Source of the DNA: a virus
Lineage: Duplodnaviria; Caudoviricetes
DNA: 64,000 nt
Virus record (IMG/VR): IMGVR_UViG_3300040811_001959
Reading direction: 5' to 3' (one strand)
Each line of letters opens with the position of its first letter. The first letter of the stretch is position 1. The position numbers were made by a program, and so were the translations under genes. The notes beneath the pieces were generated by a model, which saw only the letters and a program-made list of their open reading frames with translations, was not told where the DNA came from and ran no database searches. This document shows, in pieces, positions 1 to 8,810 of the stretch.

Positions 1-178
1 TGGTGATTACAATGTGCAGCAGTTTGATCCTAATGTGGTTTACAACTGGTAATCTAACTGCAATCTATTGGACTGCAGGCTTTATGGCACTGGTAGTGAT
101 ATGGGGCTGGAGATATCCAGGCAGCGAAGCAGAATGGCTACGCAGGAAAGATGCAGGTGAAAAGATAGCGTGGATCCG

Positions 179-709
179 CTAGAGATATTTTTCCCAAACT
201 GGATGTTTTATATCAAACTCTAATTGCTTACGCTTTGCAACCAATTCCCAATAGTCAGGCTTAAACGGTAATTGCTTAGGCCTTTCTACCCTATTGCCTT
301 TACGCTCGTTACAGCAGTGACACGCTACAACAATATTTTCCCAATTCGTCCTGCCACCTTTGCTTAGAGGAATAACATGGTCCATTGTACATTGGCTATG
401 GGCTAGTCTTTGTTCGCAATACTGACAGGTGTACAAATCTCTGATACAGATATTAGTTTTTGAAAATCTCGGTTTACGTTTTGTCCTTAGTCGTTCTTTC
501 AACATTATTACAGCAGGCACACGGGTTTCCCAACTTGGGCTCCTAACTACCCAATCATCATACCATTCTAATACTGTGCATTTATCTAAGAACAAATAAG
601 TTATAGCATCCTTCCACTGTATTGCGCTCAGTGGAAGGTAGTTAAGTGGGAGTCCGTCTGTGCTTAAAACTAGAACGTCGGTCATATCATGTTTCGATAG
701 GTTTCTCAA
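179..709 (-). CDS. HNH endonuclease (McrA-like, Zn-binding)
   Basis: RDLYTCQYC...TMDHVIPLSKGGRTNWENIVVACHCCNERKG is the classic HNH motif with CxxC pairs. Confidence 0.9.
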   Translation of the reverse strand: MRNLSKHDMTDVLVLSTDGLPLNYLPLSAIQWKDAITYLFLDKCTVLEWYDDWVVRSPSWETRVPAVIMLKERLRTKRKPRFSKTNICIRDLYTCQYCEQRLAHSQCTMDHVIPLSKGGRTNWENIVVACHCCNERKGNRVERPKQLPFKPDYWELVAKRKQLEFDIKHPVWEKYL

Positions 710-1124
710 ATTGTGCTGGTTTTAGATTTGTACCACTGCCAATAATGCAAGCGGCTATACCCATAGGATTAGATAACATCTCGTCGGGTAACTTAAAAAC
801 AATGCTGTAGGATCCTGTATTAGGGTTCATAAACATTGCCGTTTCGCCTGTTACAACCCGTGGAGGTAATTGACCTTTTGGATCCATAGGAACTTGCATA
901 ATGCTTTTGTTACTGTGGATAAAAGGAATTTCCTGGTAAGGTGCCAACTTTGCCATAATAGCTGGTAAAGTTCCGCAATCCATTGCCATTGGCATCTTGT
1001 GTAATTGTAACTGTGGTGGTACCACAGGTTGTGGTTTTTGTGTGCTCGGCTCTTCGGCGTGTAAGGATACTGTTGTGAGCAATATCGCCAACCCGCTGAA
1101 AAGCGATATTAGGGTTAGCTTCAT
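687..1124 (-). CDS. hypothetical exported protein
   Basis: N-terminal signal-peptide-like stretch (MKLTLISLFSGLAILLTTVSLHA); TAAATA motif upstream. Confidence 0.65.
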   Translation of the reverse strand: MKLTLISLFSGLAILLTTVSLHAEEPSTQKPQPVVPPQLQLHKMPMAMDCGTLPAIMAKLAPYQEIPFIHSNKSIMQVPMDPKGQLPPRVVTGETAMFMNPNTGSYSIVFKLPDEMLSNPMGIAACIIGSGTNLKPAQFEKPIET

Positions 1125-1155
1125 TTTATACTCCTATAAACATATATTTATTATA

Positions 1156-1710
1156 CTAGAAGTATTGGTCAAACATCTGCGATCCACATGCTTCAAATGC
1201 AGCATGCCAAATACGATCATCTGTTGTTTTAAAAATAATATCAGCCGATGCGTTAGAAATTAACCAACTATTTTCAGGTCGATATGGCCATTTACCTGTG
1301 AGTTCTGCCTGCAGTTGTTGCGGTGCCCAAGTGGATAACCCTCCAAATAGTTTCCAATAACGTGGTTGATCTACTCGGGCAATTTTTTCCAACATCATAT
1401 TATCACTGCTAATTCTAAGATTGTTGCCTGCATCGACAGTGTTTACACTGGTCCAATCATTACTATGCAATAAAATTAATGCATTTGAATTAACTGGGCC
1501 ACCATGGTAGATAGGAACATTACTTCCTGTAAATTGAACATTTTTTTCCTCGCATACATCTTTAACAAAAAATTTGCTAGGCTTATTTACAATAACACCA
1601 ATTGATCCTTGATCTTTCCTATCTTGATAAAGATAAATTACAGATTTATAAAACAAAGAATCTCTTGGACAATTTGGATGAGCAATTAAAAATTTACCTT
1701 CTAATGACAT
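1156..1710 (-). CDS. yqgE: YqgE/AlgH (UPF0301) family protein
   Basis: GKFLIAHP, SVIYL, GSIGVIVNKP, YHGGPV and GLSTWAPQQLQAEL family motifs. Confidence 0.85.
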   Translation of the reverse strand: MSLEGKFLIAHPNCPRDSLFYKSVIYLYQDRKDQGSIGVIVNKPSKFFVKDVCEEKNVQFTGSNVPIYHGGPVNSNALILLHSNDWTSVNTVDAGNNLRISSDNMMLEKIARVDQPRYWKLFGGLSTWAPQQLQAELTGKWPYRPENSWLISNASADIIFKTTDDRIWHAAFEACGSQMFDQYF

Positions 1711-1712
1711 AA

Positions 1713-2564
1713 TTATACAATTTGTAGTTGATCTAGTTGAGCTATTGTATCTTCAGCATTGACATTAGCTTTGTTGTTGCCAAGACCTAAATAAAAAGAT
1801 TTACCAGTAGATGGATCTGGTAAACCTGCCCAAGTTTTAGATAATCGTTTTAAAAATTTTTCGCTTGTTATTTGTCCATCTAAAAACTTATCTAAATTAT
1901 GTTCTTTTTTTAGATGGAATAATGCAATTTTATCCTGTGTAGCTTCGTTAAACACTGTTGTTTTAGGATCAAGACCCATTTGACGTACAAGGCTTCGAAG
2001 TGTTTTGTATATATATTGATACCTACCGGAAGCAGAGCCGCCATGTGATCTTATCCTTTTCCGCATGTCTTGGAAAAGTTCTGTAAGTGTCATTGAAATG
2101 ATTTGTGGACGTCTCTTACCAGGATATATCGCATCGTAATTGCCAGACGACTCAGGTTTAGCAATAATATCTAAAATTTCTTTTTCTTTATTAAATGATG
2201 TGGCAAGGGGTTTTTCAATTGTCTCAGGATCACGCTTAGGGGATGCTACCATTGCAGATAGCTTATTAGGTTGCACAGTCTTCTTACCATTCCATCCCAT
2301 CATCGCCAGGATGGTTTTCCTGCCTGCATCTCCGTCTGGTTTCAGCCCTGCGTCTTTTTGGAATTTTTTTACAGCCATTGCTGTCTTAGAACCGTAAATC
2401 CCATCTACAGGGCCTGCAGCATAATTATTATCATTTAACCATTGTTGCAGTTCTTTAACCTGTTCTCGTCTGCCTCTACGTGCCAGTCCGCCCTTCATCT
2501 TAGGATCAAGATACATAAATGTTGTAGTATCTTTATCTAGATTAATTTCAAATAAATTCATCAT
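1713..2564 (-). CDS. peptidoglycan-binding domain + lysozyme-like muramidase
   Basis: VKELQQWL...VDGIYGSKTAMAVKKFQ...DGDAGRKT (PG_binding_1); ESSGNYDA...ASGRYQYIYKTL...QDKIA...WAGLP (lambda-R-like muramidase). Confidence 0.85.
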   Translation of the reverse strand: MMNLFEINLDKDTTTFMYLDPKMKGGLARRGRREQVKELQQWLNDNNYAAGPVDGIYGSKTAMAVKKFQKDAGLKPDGDAGRKTILAMMGWNGKKTVQPNKLSAMVASPKRDPETIEKPLATSFNKEKEILDIIAKPESSGNYDAIYPGKRRPQIISMTLTELFQDMRKRIRSHGGSASGRYQYIYKTLRSLVRQMGLDPKTTVFNEATQDKIALFHLKKEHNLDKFLDGQITSEKFLKRLSKTWAGLPDPSTGKSFYLGLGNNKANVNAEDTIAQLDQLQIV

Positions 2565-2663
2565 CTATCCTTATAATTTTTATATATTTATAGGATATAA
2601 ATTATTATTGACAAAAAAATTTAAATAGTATAAACTTAGCTAAATCCCAACAAAAGGAGTAAT

Positions 2664-2876
2664 ATGATTGAAGCTGTCGTAATTTATCTAATCATACAAT
2701 TAGCGATCTATGAAGTAGATCCTAATCCAGCACCAAAAGGGTACACAAAGTATGATCCGTGCTTCCGTTGTGGCGACGACTGGGAATTTTATCCAGCACA
2801 TCAAAGCGGTGACGGTGTTGATGTTGACTGGGATGCAAAAACACTAAGACCACAACATATTACATTTACAGATTGA
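2664..2876 (+). CDS. small hypothetical protein
   Basis: GGAG RBS before ATG; coupled to the next ORF. Confidence 0.55.
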   Translation: MIEAVVIYLIIQLAIYEVDPNPAPKGYTKYDPCFRCGDDWEFYPAHQSGDGVDVDWDAKTLRPQHITFTD

Positions 2877-2877
2877 T

Positions 2878-3069
2878 ATGGAAGAATGGATATTTCAATT
2901 GCTTGCTTATGGAATAGGCACACTAACTGGATTGTTAATCACACGGCATCAGATTAATGATGCCGTGCATCTTATGTTAGATAATCTTGTTGATAATGGA
3001 TTTTTACGTCATAGGAAAGATGATGCGGGTAATGTTGTAATATTAAAATATCATGATACAAGGTCTTAA
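2878..3069 (+). CDS. small hypothetical membrane protein
   Basis: hydrophobic N-terminus; starts 1 nt after the previous stop. Confidence 0.55.
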   Translation: MEEWIFQLLAYGIGTLTGLLITRHQINDAVHLMLDNLVDNGFLRHRKDDAGNVVILKYHDTRS

Positions 3070-3311
3070 CTAGACCAATCGGGTAATGGTCCGCCATATT
3101 TTTTGCCCCTAATTTTTTTACCAGCAACTTTGCTCCTGCCTTTGCCAGTGTAGTTATGGCGCATATTACCTGATCTAGATCTATATCCTTGGCTCTTACA
3201 ACTTGCTAATGCACTTGCACCAAGAGAACTATTAGGTCTACTACTTGTACATAATTCACGACTAGCTTGCCATTCTTGGACTAAGTCGTCGTCTAATTCT
3301 AATATTAACAT
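3066..3311 (-). CDS. small basic hypothetical protein
   Basis: Lys/Arg-rich C-terminus ending KKYGGPLPDWS; TAAATA upstream. Confidence 0.6.
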   Translation of the reverse strand: MLILELDDDLVQEWQASRELCTSSRPNSSLGASALASCKSQGYRSRSGNMRHNYTGKGRSKVAGKKIRGKKYGGPLPDWSS

Positions 3312-3371
3312 TAAAATATTTATCGAAATATTTTAATGTTATTCATAATTTTATAAATAATAGTAATCAAC

Positions 3372-3536
3372 ATGTTTAAAATACTTTTAGGATTTTTATT
3401 AGGATGCTTCGTAACATTTAATTATGTTATGCCCAACGAAAAATATAAACAACTATTTGAATATTCCAACCAACTTGTCCTTGAATTTATCCAGTCTCTC
3501 GAAGAGGAAATAAGTAAAAATGTTAACAATCAATGA
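3372..3536 (+). CDS. small membrane protein (not in ORF track)
   Basis: manual translation MFKILLGFLLGCFVTFNY..., 54 aa; TATAAATA just upstream; overlaps the start of the next ORF. Confidence 0.5.
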   Translation: MFKILLGFLLGCFVTFNYVMPNEKYKQLFEYSNQLVLEFIQSLEEEISKNVNNQ

Positions 3537-3783
3537 TATCCAAGCCGGCAAATCCTATGCTTGTAAATTTAAAATAAAAACTTTGCTCGATAAAAGTGGA
3601 GAGCCAACTGAAGTAATATCAGAAAATAATGAGATTAAAGATTACGAATCTTTTGGGGTTATTCAACAAAGAGATTTAGAAAACAAACTATTAGCCATTA
3701 TAGATCAAAAAACCAATATAAAATTTATAGTCGATTTTGATTCAGTTTGGGATGTAGACACTGTTGAATGGATCCAAGACTAA
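3520..3783 (+). CDS. hypothetical protein
   Basis: 87-aa ORF with plausible composition. Confidence 0.6.
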   Translation: MLTINDIQAGKSYACKFKIKTLLDKSGEPTEVISENNEIKDYESFGVIQQRDLENKLLAIIDQKTNIKFIVDFDSVWDVDTVEWIQD

Positions 3784-4078
3784 TTTTAACGACCCCGGCG
3801 ATCGGTCCACAATTCCTTCCGGTTAAAGGCTTATTGTTCTACGGCCGCCGATAGCCATTACCCCACCCCCTGGGAAACTGGGGGGCCTCTCCAACTTTTC
3901 AGTTGACTTTTTTAATATTGTATATATAATTATAACTTAACGCTAACAAAGAGGAACTATGTGGAAAACAATTAGAAAGGGTATTACCTTTGAAAGAGTT
4001 TTTTATACCTATCTTATCTTTGCTTGGTTTGCAGGCCTAATAGCATTTGCGAGTCTGCGTTTCTATCATTAATTTTGA

Positions 4079-4153
4079 GTCCCGGTAGTTAAATGGATAT
4101 AACAGTAGACTTCTAATCTTCTATTCTAGGTTCAATTCCTGGTCGGGACACCA
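4079..4153 (+). tRNA. tRNA-Arg (TCT)
   Basis: GTCCCGG/TCGGGAC acceptor stem, loop CTTCTAA, GGTTCAATTCC T-arm, encoded ACCA end. Confidence 0.92.
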
Positions 4154-4164
4154 TAAAAAAATAG

Positions 4165-4192
4165 TTGACATAATAAACAGCTATGTTATACT
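4165..4192 (+). promoter_or_regulatory. sigma70-type promoter for tRNA-Leu
   Basis: TTGACA-16-TATACT. Confidence 0.65.
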
Positions 4193-4205
4193 TTTAGAAC
4201 ATTAA

Positions 4206-4292
4206 GCGACTGTGGTGAAACAGGTAAACACACTGGACTTAAAATCCAGCGGCAGTGATGCTTTGCCGGTTCGATTCCGGCCAGTCGCACCA
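4206..4292 (+). tRNA. tRNA-Leu (TAA)
   Basis: GCGACTG/CAGTCGC acceptor stem, CTGGA-CTTAAAA-TCCAG anticodon arm, long variable arm, GGTTCGATTCC, ACCA. Confidence 0.95.
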
Positions 4293-4314
4293 CCATTATT
4301 ACTTAAACATTTAC

Positions 4315-4752
4315 ATGAAAAATTTACATAAATGCATAGCGCCAGTATGTGCGATGCCAGCTTGCACTACTCTAGTTGGTTACCATAAACAGCTTATTGA
4401 TAAAAATGGTAATGTAAGTTATAAATTCAGAGCATTTTGTTCTTACCATACAACACATGTCGTTGGTAAAAAAGCAATGAAAGCTTTCAAAATGCGTAAA
4501 GGCGGTTGTGAAAATGTTGACGGAAGATGTGGGTTTGTTTGCGATGCTCCTAATCAACCGTGGCATGTACTAGAGATAGATCACTGGGACGGAGATCGCT
4601 ATAATGTAGAAGAAGATAATCTAGTGGTCCTATGTCCTTGCTGTCATAAGAAAAAAACTTATTTAGTTGGTGACCATCTTAAGAAAAAATACGAAAAAGG
4701 TTCAAATAGTTTATACGATCCTAAAATAAACGAATTTTTTATTATTGAGTAA
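4315..4752 (+). CDS. HNH-family nuclease (putative homing endonuclease)
   Basis: LEIDHWDGDRYNVEEDNLVVLCPCCH plus upstream CxxxxC; true start taken as MKNLHK, after the tRNA. Confidence 0.75.
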   Translation: MKNLHKCIAPVCAMPACTTLVGYHKQLIDKNGNVSYKFRAFCSYHTTHVVGKKAMKAFKMRKGGCENVDGRCGFVCDAPNQPWHVLEIDHWDGDRYNVEEDNLVVLCPCCHKKKTYLVGDHLKKKYEKGSNSLYDPKINEFFIIE

Positions 4753-4756
4753 GAAA

Positions 4757-4885
4757 ATGAAAACACCACCACGTAATTGGGTAGCTCAACAATGTAGGGA
4801 TTTAAAAGGTCCATTCCGTCCTACTGTAGAGTGTGACCGTTCTAAGTATACCCGCAAGCAAAAACATAAAGAGAGATATGCTTAG
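4757..4885 (+). CDS. small basic protein (not in ORF track)
   Basis: manual translation MKTPPRNWVAQQ...DRSKYTRKQKHKERYA. Confidence 0.5.
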   Translation: MKTPPRNWVAQQCRDLKGPFRPTVECDRSKYTRKQKHKERYA

Positions 4886-4919
4886 ATTCCTGCGAGGGTT
4901 ATTTTACGCCAGTTTTTCC

Positions 4920-4948
4920 TTGACATTTATTATTGTTAGTATTATACT
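4920..4948 (+). promoter_or_regulatory. sigma70-type promoter
   Basis: TTGACA-17-TATACT; GGAGG RBS follows before the ATG at 4991. Confidence 0.7.
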
Positions 4949-4990
4949 AATTGCTTTACTACTAGAAGTTTACATCTTTGAGGAGGTACT

Positions 4991-5296
4991 ATGTCCCTGT
5001 CAACAGTGATTAAAGAAGCAAACATTTATCGTAAATTTTGCAGACAAATGCCTATCGATCCTAGACATGTAAGCGTTAAAGATTCTATTGATCTTTTCCG
5101 CTATATTGATCGAGAACTTAGTCCAGAACACTTGTATCAAGACGGAGAACGTTCTCCTAAAGAAGCTCAACGTCAAGCCGCAAAATTACGCAAGGCTGCA
5201 CAGGTATTGCTAGACCGCGGCTATAAAGCTCCAATTAACCTAGATTGCCTAAGGATTGATTATGCGAATAGATTTTCAAAAGGCGTATGCATCTAA
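4991..5296 (+). CDS. hypothetical protein
   Basis: GAGGAGG RBS; 101 aa. Confidence 0.7.
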   Translation: MSLSTVIKEANIYRKFCRQMPIDPRHVSVKDSIDLFRYIDRELSPEHLYQDGERSPKEAQRQAAKLRKAAQVLLDRGYKAPINLDCLRIDYANRFSKGVCI

Positions 5297-5582
5297 ATCC
5301 TACTATGATGATGACGGGAAACAATGGCTAGTACAGTTTGGTAATGACTACCAACTCAGCATCATCCGTCATCGTGGTAGTATGGGATACCGTGAAGGAT
5401 TATTTGAAATCGGTGTCTTCGGTGACTGTGACAGCATGGCGGAACTACCAGGTATCACAGCAGAAGGTGATACTGTAAAAGGATTTCTCACACCCGAAGA
5501 AGTTTCTTGTATAATCTTAAAAATGCAATTCCTTACTGACTCACAGCCTCTTTCAGTATTTGGTTTAAGAAATGAAACTTGA
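5256..5582 (+). CDS. hypothetical phage protein
   Basis: YQLSIIRHRGSMGYREGLFEIGV pattern typical of small phage early proteins. Confidence 0.65.
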   Translation: MIMRIDFQKAYASKSYYDDDGKQWLVQFGNDYQLSIIRHRGSMGYREGLFEIGVFGDCDSMAELPGITAEGDTVKGFLTPEEVSCIILKMQFLTDSQPLSVFGLRNET

Positions 5583-6150
5583 AATATTTGAAAATAATAT
5601 TTTAGATATTACTACAAATTTTACTGTACAACAAAAACATTTTTATGATAATATTATTATACTAGTTGACAATTTTTATCAATATCCGCACCATGTAAGG
5701 AATTTTGCAACTAAATTACCTTACTTAAAAGAGACCGATATATCTTATACTGCAGAAGTTATAGTTCCAAATAATATTTTTATTATAGTAGAAGAATTAA
5801 TTAAGGAACATTACCCTCATTTAAGTAAAATAGTTAAGCCTTCAGACACAATAAGATTTAGATTTGTTGACTGTCATAATGAAGAACAAGTAAAAGAAGA
5901 ATGGCATACAGATGGAAAGGGAATAGCAGGTATAATTTTCTTAAATGAAAGACAGAATTCTGGTGGCACAAGTTTCAAGTGTGGCGATACAATTTTAAAT
6001 GTTGAAGGAAGATGGAATAGGCTTATTTTGTTTCCAATGACTTTAGCACACAAACCTTGGTTTGATGACGGAGTATTTGCAGATAGCTATAGAATAACAC
6101 AATTGTTAGCATATAGAATTCGATTAAATAAAATTCTTGAAAATAAATAA
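5572..6150 (+). CDS. 2OG-Fe(II) oxygenase-like protein
   Basis: WHTD (HxD) ... GIIFLN...GGTSF...NRLILF...H facial-triad pattern. Confidence 0.7.
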   Translation: MKLEIFENNILDITTNFTVQQKHFYDNIIILVDNFYQYPHHVRNFATKLPYLKETDISYTAEVIVPNNIFIIVEELIKEHYPHLSKIVKPSDTIRFRFVDCHNEEQVKEEWHTDGKGIAGIIFLNERQNSGGTSFKCGDTILNVEGRWNRLILFPMTLAHKPWFDDGVFADSYRITQLLAYRIRLNKILENK

Positions 6151-6160
6151 ATTTGAAATT

Positions 6161-6237
6161 GGACCTCTAGCTCAATAGGTTAGAGCACACGACTCATAAT
6201 CGTTAGGTTCTCGGTTCAAGTCCGAGGGGGTCCACCA
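6161..6237 (+). tRNA. tRNA-Ile2 (CAT, lysidine type)
   Basis: GGACCTCTAGCTCA...GGTTAGAGCA..CGACTCATAATCG matches the ileX-type pattern rather than Met; ACCA end. Confidence 0.88.
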
Positions 6238-6264
6238 ACACCATTACACCCCAGGAGAATTATA

Positions 6265-6447
6265 ATGGATTTTAATCACTTTGTATTAATGTTAGCTACT
6301 GCATTTGCTTTCGGTATCTTTGGATATGTTCTAGGTGAGCAAGAACGAGAACGGCAAGCAATCGAACGAGGCTTTGCAATCCACTGTCCATTAGATGGTA
6401 AATTTGGTTGGATAGACGAATGCAAAGAAGAACTTGACATACCTTAA
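6265..6447 (+). CDS. small membrane protein
   Basis: AGGAG RBS; N-terminal TM helix. Confidence 0.6.
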   Translation: MDFNHFVLMLATAFAFGIFGYVLGEQERERQAIERGFAIHCPLDGKFGWIDECKEELDIP

Positions 6448-6461
6448 TTACATGCTATAAT
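6434..6461 (+). promoter_or_regulatory. consensus sigma70 promoter for the tRNA-like RNA
   Basis: TTGACA-16-TATAAT with TG extended -10. Confidence 0.75.
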
Positions 6462-6478
6462 AAAGTTATATTGAAAAT

Positions 6479-6565
6479 GCGGGGCGTTCCTTCCAGCTGT
6501 CTTATAAGCAGTCAGCCAAACAGGGAGGCGGTGCTATAGAGGTTCAACTCCTCCGCCCCGTACCA
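6479..6565 (+). ncRNA. non-canonical D-armless tRNA-like RNA, anticodon TAT
   Basis: GCGGGGCG/CGCCCCGT 8-bp acceptor stem, GAGG-TTCAACT-CCTC T-arm, GCTGT-CTTATAA-GCAGT anticodon arm, ACCA end, no D-arm. Confidence 0.75.
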
Positions 6566-6587
6566 CTCAACCCTAATCACCCATCTT

Positions 6588-7271
6588 ATGATATCTAAAC
6601 GTGTACGAGATCGTTTTGTAGCACAACACGGGGAACCAGCTAACCTAGATGAATTAGGACGAGCCCTTGTCGCCCATATCAACAACCTTGGTGAAAGCTC
6701 AAAGGGCCGTGATAAGGGTCAGCGGGTGCTGGGCTTAGTTTGGAATATTAGCTCAGGCGAGCAGTGCAACAGCCACAACGCACCAGTGGGGGTACCATGT
6801 AGCTGGCATGAACCTGAGAGGTTTCCTGCGTTTTATGGTAAGGTATGGCTGAGACTAGCCAAGCCTCCTGGATGGTCTGTTACTGATTACTTTGAGGGTA
6901 CTTGTTGTCACTTAGGATCAGGTGGGGGCGGGTCATATGAAGGCCCATGGGACCAGCTATATGCAACCTGGCATCAGCAGCATAGGCGTTGGCGTACAAG
7001 GATAAAGTTAGACTATCCTGAACCCATCCTTTACAGTTGGACTTTTACTATCTGGCTGCAGGATTGGCCTCTAATCGAAAAGCATTACAGTAAGTTAGAC
7101 ATGCTTGACATGATCAAAGGAGTTAGGGTAGATTACCTTAAACGTAATCATATGTTTACCTATGAAGCAGAAGGCATAGATGCTGCTGATGGCAAATATA
7201 TACAGCAGTATGCCGAGATTGACTACTCTTTTTGTAGAGATAACCTTTTAAACGAGATTTTTAATGACTGA
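6588..7271 (+). CDS. hypothetical protein
   Basis: 227-aa ORF in the + strand run. Confidence 0.7.
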   Translation: MISKRVRDRFVAQHGEPANLDELGRALVAHINNLGESSKGRDKGQRVLGLVWNISSGEQCNSHNAPVGVPCSWHEPERFPAFYGKVWLRLAKPPGWSVTDYFEGTCCHLGSGGGGSYEGPWDQLYATWHQQHRRWRTRIKLDYPEPILYSWTFTIWLQDWPLIEKHYSKLDMLDMIKGVRVDYLKRNHMFTYEAEGIDAADGKYIQQYAEIDYSFCRDNLLNEIFND

Positions 7272-7428
7272 AGAAACTATCCAAGAACTTGAATATATCC
7301 TACGTGAACAGCAGAGTATGCTCAACGAGTTTGCTACTAATATCGCACAGGTAAGTAGGCAGCTTAGAGAAGTAACTGACCTATTAGACGAGGTAAAATA
7401 TGCGAGTGAACATCAGGCGACCGCCTAA
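7264..7428 (+). CDS. small coiled-coil protein (not in ORF track)
   Basis: manual translation MTEETIQELEYILREQQ..., overlapping both neighbours. Confidence 0.5.
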   Translation: MTEETIQELEYILREQQSMLNEFATNIAQVSRQLREVTDLLDEVKYASEHQATA

Positions 7429-7801
7429 GAATCCAGAACGCAATCAACGTGTAGATGTACTAGTTGAACCCCATGACGTATGGAGCTTAGACTGGACACT
7501 TGCACAGATAATACACCCTGCCCTTATGATGTTGAAGCAACAAAAGAATGGGGCTCCTTGGGTTGACCCTATGGATGTACCAGAGGAGCTGAGACCCACA
7601 CCCGAAGAGCTGGCAAACTACGAAGAGGATGCACGTACTGACGAACTGTGGTTTGACCGTTTTGACTACATCTTAGATGAAATGATCTGGGCATTTGACC
7701 AGATAAAGCAAGATGTGAATATCCATTCTAAGTCGGATGCTGCAAGGATCAATAACGCTCTGCGTTTGTTTGGTAAATATTACCAGAGTTTATGGTGGTA
7801 A
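7400..7801 (+). CDS. conserved hypothetical phage protein
   Basis: DVWSLDWTLAQIIHPAL...ILDEMIWAF...LFGKYYQSLWW pattern familiar from large phages. Confidence 0.7.
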   Translation: MRVNIRRPPKNPERNQRVDVLVEPHDVWSLDWTLAQIIHPALMMLKQQKNGAPWVDPMDVPEELRPTPEELANYEEDARTDELWFDRFDYILDEMIWAFDQIKQDVNIHSKSDAARINNALRLFGKYYQSLWW

Positions 7802-7834
7802 TATATTAAGAATTAAATTAACAATTTATAATAA

Positions 7835-8278
7835 ATGGATATGACTAGAACAGAAACAAAAGATCGATTCCATCGGATGGCGAGTGAACTTATGCAGAAT
7901 ATGGATTTCACTCGCATCCATCATACCATGCAGGTGCTAGACTGGCGGTATCAAGGAGAACGGCAGTCTGAGGGTGATATCCGTATTTTTTGCCGCAGAC
8001 TACTACACGAAACAATTGAACGTGTATTAGATTCGCCTACAGGAGAAGCATTCCTAAGCACAGGTGGTTTTGAAATCTCCATTTATCACCCAGACCATTT
8101 AGACGAAGAACGTGCTGGTACATTAGATGTCAAGTTTGTAGTCGAACATGACATGATGATCTTTGACCAGACTAAACAATCAAAAACAAATATACAAGAA
8201 CAGATTGATGAAATCCTAACAAGATTAGACATACTTGAAGACGAAGTTAATCGTTATATTGTAGACTACAGGGAATAA
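7835..8278 (+). CDS. hypothetical protein
   Basis: 147-aa ORF. Confidence 0.65.
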   Translation: MDMTRTETKDRFHRMASELMQNMDFTRIHHTMQVLDWRYQGERQSEGDIRIFCRRLLHETIERVLDSPTGEAFLSTGGFEISIYHPDHLDEERAGTLDVKFVVEHDMMIFDQTKQSKTNIQEQIDEILTRLDILEDEVNRYIVDYRE

Positions 8279-8347
8279 TATGACACGTTATTTAAATTGG
8301 TTCATTGCGGCTATCGTTGTGTTAGCACTTCTTGACCAGGTAGGAAT

Positions 8348-8545
8348 ATGAAATATTTTGTAGTTTGGGCACAGGATTTTGGTTTAGAATATCTCCAGTA
8401 TAAGACTGCACAGGAAGCATTTGGTTTCCTTGAAACACTATTACTGGATGGCGTAGATGCGGACAAGATTATGATCTTCCATGGCGACACGGTTGGTTAT
8501 ACGGTTGAAGAACACAAACATTATACAATTAAAGGAGACGAATGA
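8348..8545 (+). CDS. small hypothetical protein
   Basis: AGGA RBS; ATGA overlap with the next ORF. Confidence 0.55.
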   Translation: MKYFVVWAQDFGLEYLQYKTAQEAFGFLETLLLDGVDADKIMIFHGDTVGYTVEEHKHYTIKGDE

Positions 8546-8787
8546 AAGGTAGAACAGCACAACGTATTAGACGTAAGGCAGCAGTTGAAAGACTAGAATA
8601 CCAGCACACTCATTACAGTGATAAGGTAAGAGAGATTAAAGAAGCTCTCAAGACGGCTCGTAATCACAAAGATAAGCAGGAAGAACAATTGCAGGAAGAT
8701 CTATTAAGGATCGCAGAAGACAAGTTAGCTAAGTGCAAGACCACGCTGGACAACACAACGAGACTGTTAAAGGCAACTGCTGCATAA
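8542..8787 (+). CDS. basic coiled-coil hypothetical protein
   Basis: GGAG RBS; helical composition. Confidence 0.6.
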   Translation: MKGRTAQRIRRKAAVERLEYQHTHYSDKVREIKEALKTARNHKDKQEEQLQEDLLRIAEDKLAKCKTTLDNTTRLLKATAA

Positions 8788-8810
8788 ATATTCTAAACAA
8801 GGATTAGAAT

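Noticed and set aside
3790-3870. SRP (4.5S) RNA on the - strand because of CCGGAAGG
   Set aside because: The conserved CAGG/AGCA symmetric internal loop flanking the tetraloop is absent.
4255-4314. N-terminal extension of the HNH ORF
   Set aside because: It overlaps the tRNA-Leu gene; the real start is most likely 4315.
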